A stretch of DNA of 64,000 bases from an uncultured virus (IMG/VR IMGVR_UViG_3300047457_000394) (IMGVR_UViG_3300047457_000394); one strand, 5' to 3'. Numbered from the stretch's first letter, positions 15,964-26,035 are shown. The notes: a model not told the origin generated them from the sequence alone. Translations and numbers: made by a program.

Positions 15964-16170
15964 ATGGCTGATGTAGACCCTAAAGAGTTTGGCGCTCTTG
16001 AGGCTGACGTTCGTAACCTCATGAAAGAAATTCACCTGCTGCGTCAGGATATGAAGGTTATGAAAGAGACCATTGATCAGACCAAGGGTGGTATCTGGGT
16101 GGTCATGGCTTTTGCCGGTACGGTTGGTGGTGCCATTACGATGGGCCTTAAACGGCTGTTTGGTGGCTAA
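15964..16170 (+). CDS. Coiled coil plus C-terminal TM protein (XhlA/holin-like architecture)
   Basis: Heptad region followed by GGIWVVMAFAGTVGGAI. Confidence 0.65.
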   Translation: MADVDPKEFGALEADVRNLMKEIHLLRQDMKVMKETIDQTKGGIWVVMAFAGTVGGAITMGLKRLFGG

Positions 16171-16171
16171 C

Positions 16172-16567
16172 ATGCCTTCGACCAGCAAAGCCCAGCACAA
16201 TTTGATGGCGATGGTCGCTAATGACCCCGCCGCTGCTAAGCGGATGGGGATTTCTCAGAAGGTTGGCCGCGAGTTCATGAAGGCCGACAAAGGCCGTAAA
16301 TTTAACGAGGGTGGTGACATGAAAGAATCCAAAGCTATGATGGGTAAAGAGCTTGCCTTTATGAAAAAGAAGGGCGCTCCCAAAGCCATGATCAAGCACG
16401 AGATGGCTGAAGCCAAAGGTATGAAGAAAGGCGGCGCTACCAAGAAGATGATGGGTGGCGGTATGGCCTACAAATCGGGTGGGTACACCAGTGCGGCTGA
16501 TGGCGTTGCCAAGAAAGGCAAGACCAAAGGTACGATGGTCAAGATGGCCTACGGCGGGAAGTGCTGA
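16172..16567 (+). CDS. Small Lys/Met/Gly-rich protein
   Basis: MPSTSKAQHNLMAMVA...ADGVAKKGKTKG. Confidence 0.75.
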   Translation: MPSTSKAQHNLMAMVANDPAAAKRMGISQKVGREFMKADKGRKFNEGGDMKESKAMMGKELAFMKKKGAPKAMIKHEMAEAKGMKKGGATKKMMGGGMAYKSGGYTSAADGVAKKGKTKGTMVKMAYGGKC

Positions 16568-16568
16568 G

Positions 16569-16889
16569 ATGGAAAAGATGTCACGCGATCGCCGTAAAGA
16601 ACGGCCCATGCCGCTCCCCATGGACGACAACGCTGCTGCCGCAGCTGATGCAGAGCGCCGCGCTAAGATGTACCGCGAAGAAGACACCATGACTCCGCGT
16701 CCTGATGTTGAGCGCAAAGCGATTGATGAGGCGCGCCGTGAAGCTGAGCGTATGAAGATGCAAGAGGCGTTTGAAGCCGCGCGTCAGCTCGGGCCTCGGA
16801 AGTATGCTAAAGGCGGCTCAGTTGGTTCGGCTTCCGCCCGTGCAGATGGTTGCGCACAGCGTGGTAAGACTAAAGGTCGAATGATATGA
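16569..16889 (+). CDS. Small conserved protein
   Basis: C-terminal SASARADGCAQRGKTKGRMI motif related to the neighbouring ORF. Confidence 0.7.
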   Translation: MEKMSRDRRKERPMPLPMDDNAAAAADAERRAKMYREEDTMTPRPDVERKAIDEARREAERMKMQEAFEAARQLGPRKYAKGGSVGSASARADGCAQRGKTKGRMI

Positions 16890-17365
16890 CTACCCTTGCC
16901 GAAAGGTTTTGGGCTAAGGTAAGCCAAGGGCCTATGCACCAATGCTGGGAATGGCAAGCTGCTACTAACGCAAAAGGGTATGGTTGGTTTTGCGTACATT
17001 TGGGGAAATCTACCACAGCGCATAGAGTGGCTGCGTGGTTAGTAAATATGTTACCGTCGCTTGACCACCAACTACATGTGCTACACAAATGTGATAACCG
17101 AAAGTGTTGTAACCCAGATCATTTTTTCCTTGGTAGTAACAAAGATAATGTAGCGGATAGAGTCGCCAAAAATAGAAGCGGTAGCGCCCGGCTTCATGGC
17201 GAGTTGAATGGGCAAGCCAAGTTGACTGACGCACAGGCAACGCAAATTAAAATTTTATACACCAATAAAGTTTATAGCCAAGGCATGCTAGCAAAACAGT
17301 TTAATATACGGCAATCGCAAGTAAGCCGAATAGTAAATGGTGTTAGACGCGGAGGTGTATCTTGA
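16886..17365 (+). CDS. Free-standing HNH homing endonuclease
   Basis: CWEWQ, AHRVAAW, LHKCDNRKCCNPDH..LG...DN..D, C-terminal HTH; AT-richer than flanks; overlaps both neighbours. Confidence 0.9.
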   Translation: MTTLAERFWAKVSQGPMHQCWEWQAATNAKGYGWFCVHLGKSTTAHRVAAWLVNMLPSLDHQLHVLHKCDNRKCCNPDHFFLGSNKDNVADRVAKNRSGSARLHGELNGQAKLTDAQATQIKILYTNKVYSQGMLAKQFNIRQSQVSRIVNGVRRGGVS

Positions 17366-17646
17366 TGCCGTCACGCGGGATGGGGGCTATAAACCCCTCC
17401 AAAATGCCTTCAGGCGTACGCAAGAAGCGCCGGGACAATACGGACTTTACGGAGTACGCTGAAGGCGGCTCTGTGTCCCGCGTGAACGAAGCTGGCAACT
17501 ACACTAAACCCGGCATGCGGAAAGCGTTGTTCAACAAGATCAAAGGTCAAGCAACGCAGGGTACTGGTGCGGGGCAGTGGTCGGCCCGTAAGGCACAGCT
17601 TCTGGCTAAGCAGTACAAGGCTAAGGGCGGCGGCTACCGTGACTAA
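17362..17646 (+). CDS. Small basic conserved protein
   Basis: MMPSRGMG...NYTKPGMRK...GQWSARKAQLLA. Confidence 0.75.
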   Translation: MMPSRGMGAINPSKMPSGVRKKRRDNTDFTEYAEGGSVSRVNEAGNYTKPGMRKALFNKIKGQATQGTGAGQWSARKAQLLAKQYKAKGGGYRD

Positions 17647-17875
17647 ACCCTCGCAACAGAGCTTAAAAGATTGGACCCAACAGCGTTGGACTACACGCAG
17701 CGGAAAGCCTTCATCCAAGACGGGCGAGCGGTATCTTCCTGAAGCTGCCATCAAGTCTTTGAGCCCTGCGGAGTACGCAGCAACCACCCGAGCCAAACGA
17801 GCAGGAAAGGCTAAAGGTAAGCAGTTTGTAGCGCAACCCAAGGGCATTGCTCAGAAGACAGCGAGATTTAGATGA
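17639..17875 (+). CDS. Small basic conserved protein
   Basis: QQSLKDWT.Q.W.T.SGKPS.KTGERYLP; GTG start overlapping the upstream gene. Confidence 0.75.
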   Translation: MTKPSQQSLKDWTQQRWTTRSGKPSSKTGERYLPEAAIKSLSPAEYAATTRAKRAGKAKGKQFVAQPKGIAQKTARFR

Positions 17876-18807
17876 CAACCTCTGGTGCAACGACGTTTTT
17901 CCCAGACTTCACTGAGGTCGCTGAACTGGCTTGGATGCAGGCCGGTCGGGAGATGCGTTCGGGCTTTGACCTGAAAGTTGCCCGCATGGCCATGAACATG
18001 CTCACCATTGAGTGGGCTAACCGTGGTCTAAACATGTGGACGTACGAGCAAGGCACCATCACGCTCGTGCCGGGGCTGCCAACCTACGCGCTACCACTGG
18101 ATACCATCGATCTTCTCGATCACGTAATTCGCACTGGGGCTAACGCACAGTCAACGCAAGCGGACCTAAACATCACCCGCATTAGTGTCTCAACGTATGC
18201 CACCATACCAAACAAGCTTGCTCAGGGACGACCAATTCAGGTGTGGGTGCAGAGACTCTCAGGGCAGGTAAGTCCTACGGGTGCGACGCTCAACGGCGGT
18301 ATTAACGCTTCAACGACCACGATCACGCTGTCGTCGCTGGCTAACTTGCCTTCTGCGGGCTTCATCCGAGTGGACTCGGAAGACATCTATTATGGCTGGC
18401 TCAATACGTCGAACAACACGTTGGGTGGTGTGGTACGTGCGCAGAACGGAACGACGGCTGCAAGCCATTTGACAGGCACAGCGGTCTATAACCCAAATCT
18501 TCCTTCAATCACCGTGTGGTTGACCCCGGACAATACGCAGACGTATCAGTTTGTGTACTGGCGACTTCGCCGTGTCCAAGATGCTGGCGCTGGTATCGAG
18601 ACACCGGATATGAACTTTCGTTTCCTGCCTTGCTTGATTGCGGGGCTGGCGTTTCAGATTGCTATGAAGACTCCAGAACTGTCGGACCGGCTGCAAGTGT
18701 TGAAAGCCGAGTACATGGAGCAGTTTGAGTTGGCAGCGGCTGAGGACAGAGAAAAAGCTGCAGTACGTTTCGTTCCCCGCAGACAGTTTATCGGTAGCGG
18801 TGCCTAA
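17872..18807 (+). CDS. Putative head-tail connector/tail protein
   Basis: MTTSG...EWANRGLNMWT...RFLPCLIAGLA...EDREKA. Confidence 0.65.
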   Translation: MTTSGATTFFPDFTEVAELAWMQAGREMRSGFDLKVARMAMNMLTIEWANRGLNMWTYEQGTITLVPGLPTYALPLDTIDLLDHVIRTGANAQSTQADLNITRISVSTYATIPNKLAQGRPIQVWVQRLSGQVSPTGATLNGGINASTTTITLSSLANLPSAGFIRVDSEDIYYGWLNTSNNTLGGVVRAQNGTTAASHLTGTAVYNPNLPSITVWLTPDNTQTYQFVYWRLRRVQDAGAGIETPDMNFRFLPCLIAGLAFQIAMKTPELSDRLQVLKAEYMEQFELAAAEDREKAAVRFVPRRQFIGSGA

Positions 18808-19194
18808 ATGGGCAATAGGTTCGCCAGTGGAAAAATCGCTATCGCAATGTGCGATATTTGCGGGTTCCGCTTTAAGTTGCGAGACCTGAGCGAACTGGTT
18901 GTCAAGACGAAGAAAATTAACCTGCTGGTATGTAAAGAGTGTTGGTCGCCTGACCACCCGCAGCTTCAGTTGGGGATGTACCCGGTTGATGATCCACAGG
19001 CTTTACGTAACCCGCGAAGAGATACGACGTACGTAACGGCAGGTGTGAATGCAGAGGGTAACTTGACCGGTGGTTCACGTGATATTCAGTGGGGCTGGTA
19101 CCCAGTGGGTGGCGCAAGCGCAAACGATGCAGGTTTGACACCGAACTACTTGGTTGGAGTCACTTCTGTTGGTACAGTAACGGTTACGACTTAG
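18808..19194 (+). CDS. Zn-finger conserved phage protein
   Basis: CDICG...CKECW..DHPQL. Confidence 0.8.
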   Translation: MGNRFASGKIAIAMCDICGFRFKLRDLSELVVKTKKINLLVCKECWSPDHPQLQLGMYPVDDPQALRNPRRDTTYVTAGVNAEGNLTGGSRDIQWGWYPVGGASANDAGLTPNYLVGVTSVGTVTVTT

Positions 19195-19202
19195 GAGTTA
19201 TC

Positions 19203-19385
19203 ATGGATGCGAAGAAGGCCGTGCACAAGCACGAAAAAGCAATGCACCCCGGCAAGCCGCTGACCAAGTTTGCTAAGGGCGGCAAGACGAATCTGCAGAT
19301 GAAAGAACTGGGGCGGAACCTTGCCAAGGTTGCCAACCAAAAAACTTCCTCTTTCAAGTATAAGAAGTCTGGGAGGGGTGTGTAA
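19203..19385 (+). CDS. Small basic protein
   Basis: AGGAG RBS. Confidence 0.7.
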   Translation: MDAKKAVHKHEKAMHPGKPLTKFAKGGKTNLQMKELGRNLAKVANQKTSSFKYKKSGRGV

Positions 19386-19552
19386 TGAAACAAAATCCCA
19401 AAGCGAAGCCTATCCCGCAGGCAAAAAGCCCGGAGGGCGTTGACCTCAAGAACTCGGGGTATCCTGAGAAAAACGTCAAGACCACGGGTATAAAGATTCG
19501 TGGTACCGGTGCTGCGACCAAGGGTGTGATGGCGCGTGGGCCGATGGCCTAA
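19385..19552 (+). CDS. Small basic protein (55 aa, not in ORF track)
   Basis: TAATG overlap, GGAGG RBS; ends KTTGIKIRGTGAATKGVMARGPMA. Confidence 0.7.
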   Translation: MKQNPKAKPIPQAKSPEGVDLKNSGYPEKNVKTTGIKIRGTGAATKGVMARGPMA

Positions 19553-19561
19553 GAGGTTCTT

Positions 19562-20470
19562 ATGAACTATGGTGAGCTTCAAGCGAACGTCCAAGATATC
19601 GTAGAGAACGCGATACCTGCGGCTACGCTCGCCATGCTTGTTCGGCAAGCTGAGCAAAAGATTTACAACACCGTTCAATTTGCAAACTTGCGCAAGAACG
19701 TCACGGGCAGCATGTCCGCGAACAATAAGTACCTCTCTGCACCGAACGATTTTCTGTCGGTCTACTCTCTGGCGGTTGTCAAAGCCAATGGCGAGTATCT
19801 GTATCTGTTGAACAAAGATGTGAACTTTATCCGTGAGGCGTACCCAAGCCCCACAAGCACTGGACTGCCTAAACACTACGCGATCTTTGGACCTACGTTC
19901 TCTGACACCAACGAGTTGTCGTTCATTCTCGGGCCTACGCCTGATGCAGCGTACTCAGCAGAGCTGCATTATTACTATTACCCCACTTCGATTGTTCAGT
20001 CTTCGATTGCAACCTTCGGTGCGATTACTGCGGGCTCTTCCTATACCAACGGAACTTATTTCAACGTGCCGTTGACGGGCGGTAGTGGGTCTGGTGCGAC
20101 TGCGCGGGTTGTGGTTTCAGGTGGTGCGGTTACGAGCGTGACGCTTCAGAATCCTGGGGTGTTCTACGCAGTGGGTAATACGCTTTCAGCAGCGGCGTCC
20201 AGCATTGGTGGTACTGGGAGTGGGTTTTCGATTCCAGTAGCTACTGTAGATAACGCAACGGGCACGTCGTGGCTTGGGGACAACTTTGATACGGTGCTGC
20301 TGAACGGTACGTTGATCGAAGCTATCCGATTCATCAAGGGTGAACAAGAGACAGTGCAGATTTACGAAACCCTGTACGCACAAGCGATTGCACTGGCTAA
20401 ACAGTTGGGTGACGGCAAGCAGCGTATGGATGCGTACCGCGATGGTCAAGTTCGGGTACAGGTGAAGTAA
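19562..20470 (+). CDS. Putative head-tail adaptor with an inserted G/S/T-rich domain
   Basis: AEQKIYN...KDVNFIREAYP...GPTPD; internal GGSGSGATA module. Confidence 0.65.
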   Translation: MNYGELQANVQDIVENAIPAATLAMLVRQAEQKIYNTVQFANLRKNVTGSMSANNKYLSAPNDFLSVYSLAVVKANGEYLYLLNKDVNFIREAYPSPTSTGLPKHYAIFGPTFSDTNELSFILGPTPDAAYSAELHYYYYPTSIVQSSIATFGAITAGSSYTNGTYFNVPLTGGSGSGATARVVVSGGAVTSVTLQNPGVFYAVGNTLSAAASSIGGTGSGFSIPVATVDNATGTSWLGDNFDTVLLNGTLIEAIRFIKGEQETVQIYETLYAQAIALAKQLGDGKQRMDAYRDGQVRVQVK

Positions 20471-20889
20471 TGTCGATTGTCCAGACCCAGACCACGAGCT
20501 TCAAGGCGGAGCTATATCAGGCTATTCACGACCTGACCACGGACACCATTAAGATTGCTTTGTATACGGCTGAAGCTGATCTTAACGAAGCTACGACTGC
20601 ATACACAGCGACAAACGAAATCACTGGTACGGGATATACGGCTGGTGGCGAAATCATGACTGGCGTGACAATCGGCACGTCTGGGTATGTAGCATTCGTA
20701 AACTTTGATAACGTTTTGTGGAACCCTGCTGCCTTCACAGCGCGATGTGCTCTGATCTACAATGCGAGCAAGGCCAATCGGTCAATCGCCGTCCTAGATT
20801 TTGGCTCCGACAAGACCACAACCACTCAATTCTTAATCACCATGCCTGCGAACACTGCCACGACGGCTTTGATTCGTTCTTCTAACTAA
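20470..20889 (+). CDS. Putative tail-associated structural protein
   Basis: SFKAEL...KIALYT...GYTAGG...ALIYN...VLDFG.DK. Confidence 0.7.
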   Translation: MSIVQTQTTSFKAELYQAIHDLTTDTIKIALYTAEADLNEATTAYTATNEITGTGYTAGGEIMTGVTIGTSGYVAFVNFDNVLWNPAAFTARCALIYNASKANRSIAVLDFGSDKTTTTQFLITMPANTATTALIRSSN

Positions 20890-20898
20890 GAGGCAAAC

Positions 20899-21423
20899 AT
20901 GAAAAGTCACGAAGGTGCTAGCGCTGGCGGTGTATTCCGGGCTGAGTGCTATGGCGCAGATGGCGAACTGAAGTGGACGAGTGAGTCCAAAAACTTGGTT
21001 GTGAACCAAGGTCTGCAGGATATGAACGCCAAGTATTTCACGGGTAGTGGCTATACAGCGACGTGGTACGTAGGCATTTACGGCGCAGCGGCGTCAAATA
21101 ATCCGGCAGCGGGCGACACAGCAGCTTTGCATGCAGGCTGGACTGAGGTGACTGATTACAGTCAATCGACGCGCCCCCAAGCGGTATTTGCAAGCCCCAC
21201 CACTGCAGACCCTTCGGTGGTTACGAACTCAGCTTCTCCGGCGACATTTAGTATCAATGGTACGACGGTGGTTGGCGGAGCATTTCTGATCAGTAACAAC
21301 ACCAAAGGTGGTACGTCTGGTGTGTTGTTCTCTGCATCAGACTTCCAGGCACCGGGGGATCGCTCGGTCGTATCGGGTGACACCATCGTGGTCACCTATA
21401 CCTTTAGCCTTGACGCAGCGTGA
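20899..21423 (+). CDS. Putative tail-associated structural protein
   Basis: NLVVNQGL...GVLFSASDF...SGDTI.VTY. Confidence 0.7.
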   Translation: MKSHEGASAGGVFRAECYGADGELKWTSESKNLVVNQGLQDMNAKYFTGSGYTATWYVGIYGAAASNNPAAGDTAALHAGWTEVTDYSQSTRPQAVFASPTTADPSVVTNSASPATFSINGTTVVGGAFLISNNTKGGTSGVLFSASDFQAPGDRSVVSGDTIVVTYTFSLDAA

Positions 21424-21430
21424 GGTCATC

Positions 21431-21610
21431 ATGGCAACTAAGTTCAAGCGTGGTGATCTAGTCAAGGTCAATACTGTCGTGCCTTCTGGGGAGGTTGAAG
21501 CTTTTCGGATGGACGAGGACGGGGTTGTGTGGTGCCGGATGACGTGGGTTGATGTTGAGGGCAACCAACAAACTCGTTGGTTCAAAGAAGACGATCTGGT
21601 CAATGAATAA
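21431..21610 (+). CDS. Small SH3/YodC-like protein
   Basis: FKRGDLVK...W...RWF.EDDL; GAGG RBS. Confidence 0.65.
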   Translation: MATKFKRGDLVKVNTVVPSGEVEAFRMDEDGVVWCRMTWVDVEGNQQTRWFKEDDLVNE

Positions 21611-22119
21611 TGTCGTTCTCCTCTGGATCGTTCGCTGAACTTCCATTCGCCACGGTTGGTGGGACGATCTATTTTCCTACGATCTCTGAATCTGCAACGG
21701 GTTCAGATGCAGTAACAACGATTGTTACTTTCTTAAGTTCTGTCACGGAACTGGCCACTGGATCGGATACGACGTCCGGCACGTTTACTGTTTTGTCTTC
21801 AGTGTCTGAGACGGCAACGGGCTCGGATCAAGTAAGCTCACTGATCAATTTCCAGTCTTCTGTTTCAGAGTCCGCGACAGGCGCAGATACAACTTCAGCG
21901 GTTCCGTTCTACCCTGGGACAATTATTGAGGGTGCTACGGGGACTGACAGCTTCGCTACCAGTGTGACGTTCTTGGCGAGCGTATCGGAAACAGCAACCG
22001 GATCGGATGTAATTGTTGGGCGTCCGCTATGGGAGCCGATTGATGACGATCAGACGGCGAACTGGACCATCATAAACAATACGCAGTCTTCGGGCTGGAC
22101 TAACATAGACGCGGTGTAA
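21610..22119 (+). CDS. Repeat-rich structural protein
   Basis: About six ~20-aa repeats with core E[ST]ATG[SAT]D. Confidence 0.75.
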   Translation: MSFSSGSFAELPFATVGGTIYFPTISESATGSDAVTTIVTFLSSVTELATGSDTTSGTFTVLSSVSETATGSDQVSSLINFQSSVSESATGADTTSAVPFYPGTIIEGATGTDSFATSVTFLASVSETATGSDVIVGRPLWEPIDDDQTANWTIINNTQSSGWTNIDAV

Positions 22120-22121
22120 TC

Positions 22122-24875
22122 ATGGCACTTGTACTGAAAGATCGGGTTCGGGAAACGACGACAACTCAAGGCACGGGCACAGTTACGCTGGCTGGTGCGG
22201 TTGCGGGATTCCAGAGCTTTTCTGCCATCGGGAATGCTAACACCACGTATTACACCATCAACCTTCCGGGCGTTAATGAATGGGAAGTTGGTATCGGTAC
22301 TTATACGGCGTCGGGCACGACGCTCAGCCGAGATACGGTGCTGTCTTCGTCAAACAGCGGGAATCTGGTTAACTTCTCGGCAGGTGTTAAAGACGTCTTC
22401 TGTACCTACCCTGCTGGCCGGTCGGTGTACTACGACACCGCGACTAACGTCACACTGAACACCTTAGCTGCCACAACCATCGACACGACGAACCTAGAGG
22501 TTACGAACGTCAAGGCTAAGGATGGTACTGCTGCTATCACGCTGGCTGATTCTACTGGCGCGGTCACCGTCTCTACAGCACTCACGGCTAACGGTGGGGC
22601 TGTGTTCAACGAGAATGGTGCTGATGTTGACTTCCGTATTGAGGGTGATACAGATGCGAATCTGATCTTTGCTGATGCGTCTACGGATCGGGTTGGTATT
22701 GGTACTAATGCGCCTGCATCTAAAATTCATGCGTTTACAACAACAGATACGATAGCCATTCAAGTTGAATCAAGTAGCACAAATGCGTATCCATTGTTTT
22801 CTATAAAAAACAGTGGGGCATCTGGTCGTGAATACGTAATAACGACAGGAGGGTCAGCGACGGGTTTGCCAGGGGCTTTGTTAATTCGTGACGCAACTGC
22901 TGAAGCTAATAGGTTAACAATCACCTCCGGTGGTCAAGTCAACATCGGCGGCAACTTCACCAGTACAAACAACACGCTACAAGTTACTGGTAATGCTGCT
23001 ATCGGTTATACAACAGCAGCACCTACTACTGGGCTGATTGTTGCTGGTAATGTTGGGATTGGGACTCAAAGTCCAACCACTGCATATGGATATACGAGAG
23101 TAATTGATATTGCAGGACAATTCCCTGGAGTTAAATTCACTCCGTCTGGGGCTAATACCTTTGGGTTCCAAATTGGCGCTGGAACTAATGGCTTCCAATT
23201 CTATGACGTTGCGGCTTCTGCTGAACGCATGCGTATCACCTCCACCGGCACACTAAACATTGTCGGTGCTGGCGTAGCAGGGTCTACCCAGGCTGTTAGT
23301 TTCAATGGTAGCGCTCCGGTTGATTCGTTGGTATTGGCATCGTCGGGCGTGATTTCAACCGGAAAAGATATGTCGATCTACGGCATCACCGTAGGTCGTG
23401 GTGCAGGTGCTGTGTCCACCAACACTGCGGTGGGTGCGAGTGCTTTGGCGGGCACAAACACCGGAGGCGGAAACGTCGGCGTTGGTATTTCCGCGCTGGC
23501 TGCAAATACTGGGGGCGACAACAACACTGCTGTGGGCAATTCCGCACTTGCCACTAATACCAACGCCCAGTACAACACCGCAATTGGTTCTGCAACACTG
23601 CTGGCGAACACAACTGGCGCAAATAACACCGCTATTGGACGTGCGGCGCTGATTTCAAACACGACTGCCAGCAACAACGTAGCTGTCGGTTTTCAAGCGG
23701 CCAACAACAACACTACCGGAACCAATCTGGTGGCGATTGGCACTCAGGCTGGGTATTCAAACACGACAGCCAACAACAACATCTCTATTGGGTATCAGGC
23801 ACAACAGGTTACAACAACCGGAGCAAACAACATTGCTGTCGGCACTATTGCTTTGGCGCTCAATACAACTGGCGCAAGCAATATCGCTATTGGAACTCAG
23901 GCGCTTTATTCCAACACCACCGCCTCTAACAACACTGCTGTTGGGTATCAGGCGGGATATTCACAAACAACCGCAGATGGAAACGCTTTATTTGGTTATC
24001 AAGCGGGAACGTCTCTCACAACTGGAAATCTAAACTCGTTTTTTGGTGCGGCGGCTGGTGGCGCAATTACGACCGGAGCCAAGAACACTATCCTCGGTCG
24101 CTACAACGGCAACCAAGGTGGCCTCGACATCCGCACTGCTGACAACTACATCGTGCTGTCGGATGGGGATGGAAATCCGAGGGCGCACTGGGATGGCTCC
24201 GGAAACACTTTCCTAAAGGGTTCGTATGTCAGTTTTGGCAACAACGGTTACATCCGAATTGACCAAACCAACTCAATGGCAATTCAGGCAGGCAGTAGCA
24301 GCACCGTTGGCTGGCAGGTTAGGAATAACGGCAACAGCAGTGCGATGCTGTCTATGTCCGGCACTTCTCAAAACACACTTGCTTTGGAAGGCGCGTCACC
24401 GCAGGCAGGTACAGGCATCACCTTCCCCGCCACCCAATCCGCATCATCCAACGCCAACACGCTAGACGATTACGAAGAAGGAACTTGGACTCCGACTGTT
24501 GGCACAAACGGCACCATGTCAAATGTTGCCTACACCACTCGGATTGGCAACTACATCAAGATCGGTACCTTGGTGTACTTGTTTATGGATGTCGAATGGA
24601 CGAGCACTGCCTCTACCGGAACAGGTTCGATTACTGGGCTTCCTTTTACATCGCAAGGAAGCTCTTACAACTCGTTTGTGTTCAGAGCGTACGGCGGCAT
24701 CGACTTAGCCGCCGTGGGTGGAACCACGCACCTACCGGCTGGTTATGTTGGCCCCGGTTCATCTGACTATCAACTTCAGGTAATTAACCAAGCCGATGGT
24801 CAGGAAACTGCAATTGGCTGGAAATCAACAGGGGGCCGGGTCAATGGCTGGCTCATCTACCGTTCAACAACTTGA
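22122..24875 (+). CDS. Tail fibre/receptor-binding protein
   Basis: MALVLKDRVRETTT anchor, VGIGT..P repeats, ~14-aa NTAVG..AL repeats, LDDYEEGTWTP C-terminal domain. Confidence 0.85.
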   Translation: MALVLKDRVRETTTTQGTGTVTLAGAVAGFQSFSAIGNANTTYYTINLPGVNEWEVGIGTYTASGTTLSRDTVLSSSNSGNLVNFSAGVKDVFCTYPAGRSVYYDTATNVTLNTLAATTIDTTNLEVTNVKAKDGTAAITLADSTGAVTVSTALTANGGAVFNENGADVDFRIEGDTDANLIFADASTDRVGIGTNAPASKIHAFTTTDTIAIQVESSSTNAYPLFSIKNSGASGREYVITTGGSATGLPGALLIRDATAEANRLTITSGGQVNIGGNFTSTNNTLQVTGNAAIGYTTAAPTTGLIVAGNVGIGTQSPTTAYGYTRVIDIAGQFPGVKFTPSGANTFGFQIGAGTNGFQFYDVAASAERMRITSTGTLNIVGAGVAGSTQAVSFNGSAPVDSLVLASSGVISTGKDMSIYGITVGRGAGAVSTNTAVGASALAGTNTGGGNVGVGISALAANTGGDNNTAVGNSALATNTNAQYNTAIGSATLLANTTGANNTAIGRAALISNTTASNNVAVGFQAANNNTTGTNLVAIGTQAGYSNTTANNNISIGYQAQQVTTTGANNIAVGTIALALNTTGASNIAIGTQALYSNTTASNNTAVGYQAGYSQTTADGNALFGYQAGTSLTTGNLNSFFGAAAGGAITTGAKNTILGRYNGNQGGLDIRTADNYIVLSDGDGNPRAHWDGSGNTFLKGSYVSFGNNGYIRIDQTNSMAIQAGSSSTVGWQVRNNGNSSAMLSMSGTSQNTLALEGASPQAGTGITFPATQSASSNANTLDDYEEGTWTPTVGTNGTMSNVAYTTRIGNYIKIGTLVYLFMDVEWTSTASTGTGSITGLPFTSQGSSYNSFVFRAYGGIDLAAVGGTTHLPAGYVGPGSSDYQLQVINQADGQETAIGWKSTGGRVNGWLIYRSTT

Positions 24876-24886
24876 AGGAACTCACC

Positions 24887-25159
24887 ATGTCTCTCTCAGA
24901 AATCACCTACATCTCTCAATTCGACATCCAACCCAACGGGTGCATCGGAGTCCGCAAGACCACCGATGTCCTGAAGGATGGCGTTGTCATTTCGTCAACC
25001 TACTGGCGTTGCGTTCTCGTGCCCAACGACCCGCAGGCATCCACGGTGCTGGATGAGGCTTATTACCTCAACATCGCCAACTACGCTTGGAGCCAACCAT
25101 CGCCCCAGCCGTATGACCCTAACCCGCCCAGCCCCCTCGCTGCGCCTCAAGGAGCTTAA
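24887..25159 (+). CDS. Putative tail fibre partner/assembly protein
   Basis: AAGGA RBS; directly after the fibre gene. Confidence 0.6.
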   Translation: MSLSEITYISQFDIQPNGCIGVRKTTDVLKDGVVISSTYWRCVLVPNDPQASTVLDEAYYLNIANYAWSQPSPQPYDPNPPSPLAAPQGA

Positions 25160-25161
25160 TC

Positions 25162-25488
25162 ATGGATTGGCAGGTATCAAGCATGGAATGCCGTGTGCAA
25201 GAAGGCGATCTCTCGGATGTTGTCTATCTTGTTCACTGGCGCTGCTCGGCAACCGAAACTGATGGTGACAAGACCTACAGCGGGTCTGTGTACTCATCCT
25301 GCGTTCTACCTGCGCCGGATGCTGCTGACTTCACACCCTACGATCAGTTGACTAAGGAACAGGTATTGGGTTGGCTCTGGGCTAATGGAGTAGATAAGGA
25401 TGCTACTGAGGCCGCTGTTCTTCAACAGATTGAACTTCAGAAGCACCCCGTGGTCGTTAACCTACCCCCTCCTTGGAGTCAGGCGTGA
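25162..25488 (+). CDS. Conserved fibre-associated protein
   Basis: VHWRC...FTPYDQLTKEQVLGW...PPW; AAGGAG RBS. Confidence 0.7.
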   Translation: MDWQVSSMECRVQEGDLSDVVYLVHWRCSATETDGDKTYSGSVYSSCVLPAPDAADFTPYDQLTKEQVLGWLWANGVDKDATEAAVLQQIELQKHPVVVNLPPPWSQA

Positions 25489-25577
25489 GAGAGGACGATA
25501 AGGACGTAGCGGCGCTTGCCCTAGTGGTAGCGATCTCGGGGTTTGCTGCATGTCTGCTTCTAGCCGTGGTGTGGTGA
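25485..25577 (+). CDS. 30-aa single-TM microprotein (not in ORF track)
   Basis: MREDDKDVAALALVVAISGFAACLLLAVVW; GTGA and TGATG overlaps with both neighbours; GGAG upstream. Confidence 0.6.
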   Translation: MREDDKDVAALALVVAISGFAACLLLAVVW

Positions 25578-26035
25578 TGGACGTAAGCAAAGCCATTGGG
25601 GCTATAGCAGCTAGTGTCGCTGCCGTGGGTGGCGGATATACGCTTGTGGACAAAGTTGGTTGGTTAGATCGAGCCATCATCGAGTGGGCGCCAGAGCATT
25701 TCAAGATTGCCCCTGCCAAGAAAGGCGAACCCATAACGGTCACGGTGGCGCGGATCAAGAAGCGGGATGATTGTTCCGTCGAAGGATTCTTTCCAACTGT
25801 TCGGGATGGTGTTGGCGTTGTGCATGAAGCTATGCCAAGTATGAGCAAATTTACGGGGCCTGCTGGGCCAGAGATCGATACATTCACGTATCAATTGAAG
25901 CTTTCTGACAAAGAACAGATTGCGCCTGGGCGGGCGACATTGCTTGCCACAATCAAGTATAAGTGCCCAGAGGGAGATAGGGTGGTGACTTATCCAAAGC
26001 ACAAGAACCTCACGTTTGAACTGACGGAGAAATAA
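25577..26035 (+). CDS. N-terminally anchored hypothetical protein in the lysis region
   Basis: Hydrophobic N-terminus, two Cys, beta-rich. Confidence 0.7.
   Translation: MDVSKAIGAIAASVAAVGGGYTLVDKVGWLDRAIIEWAPEHFKIAPAKKGEPITVTVARIKKRDDCSVEGFFPTVRDGVGVVHEAMPSMSKFTGPAGPEIDTFTYQLKLSDKEQIAPGRATLLATIKYKCPEGDRVVTYPKHKNLTFELTEK

Noticed and set aside
22122..24875. Diversity-generating retroelement target
   Set aside because: No reverse transcriptase and no adenine-variant template repeat noticed
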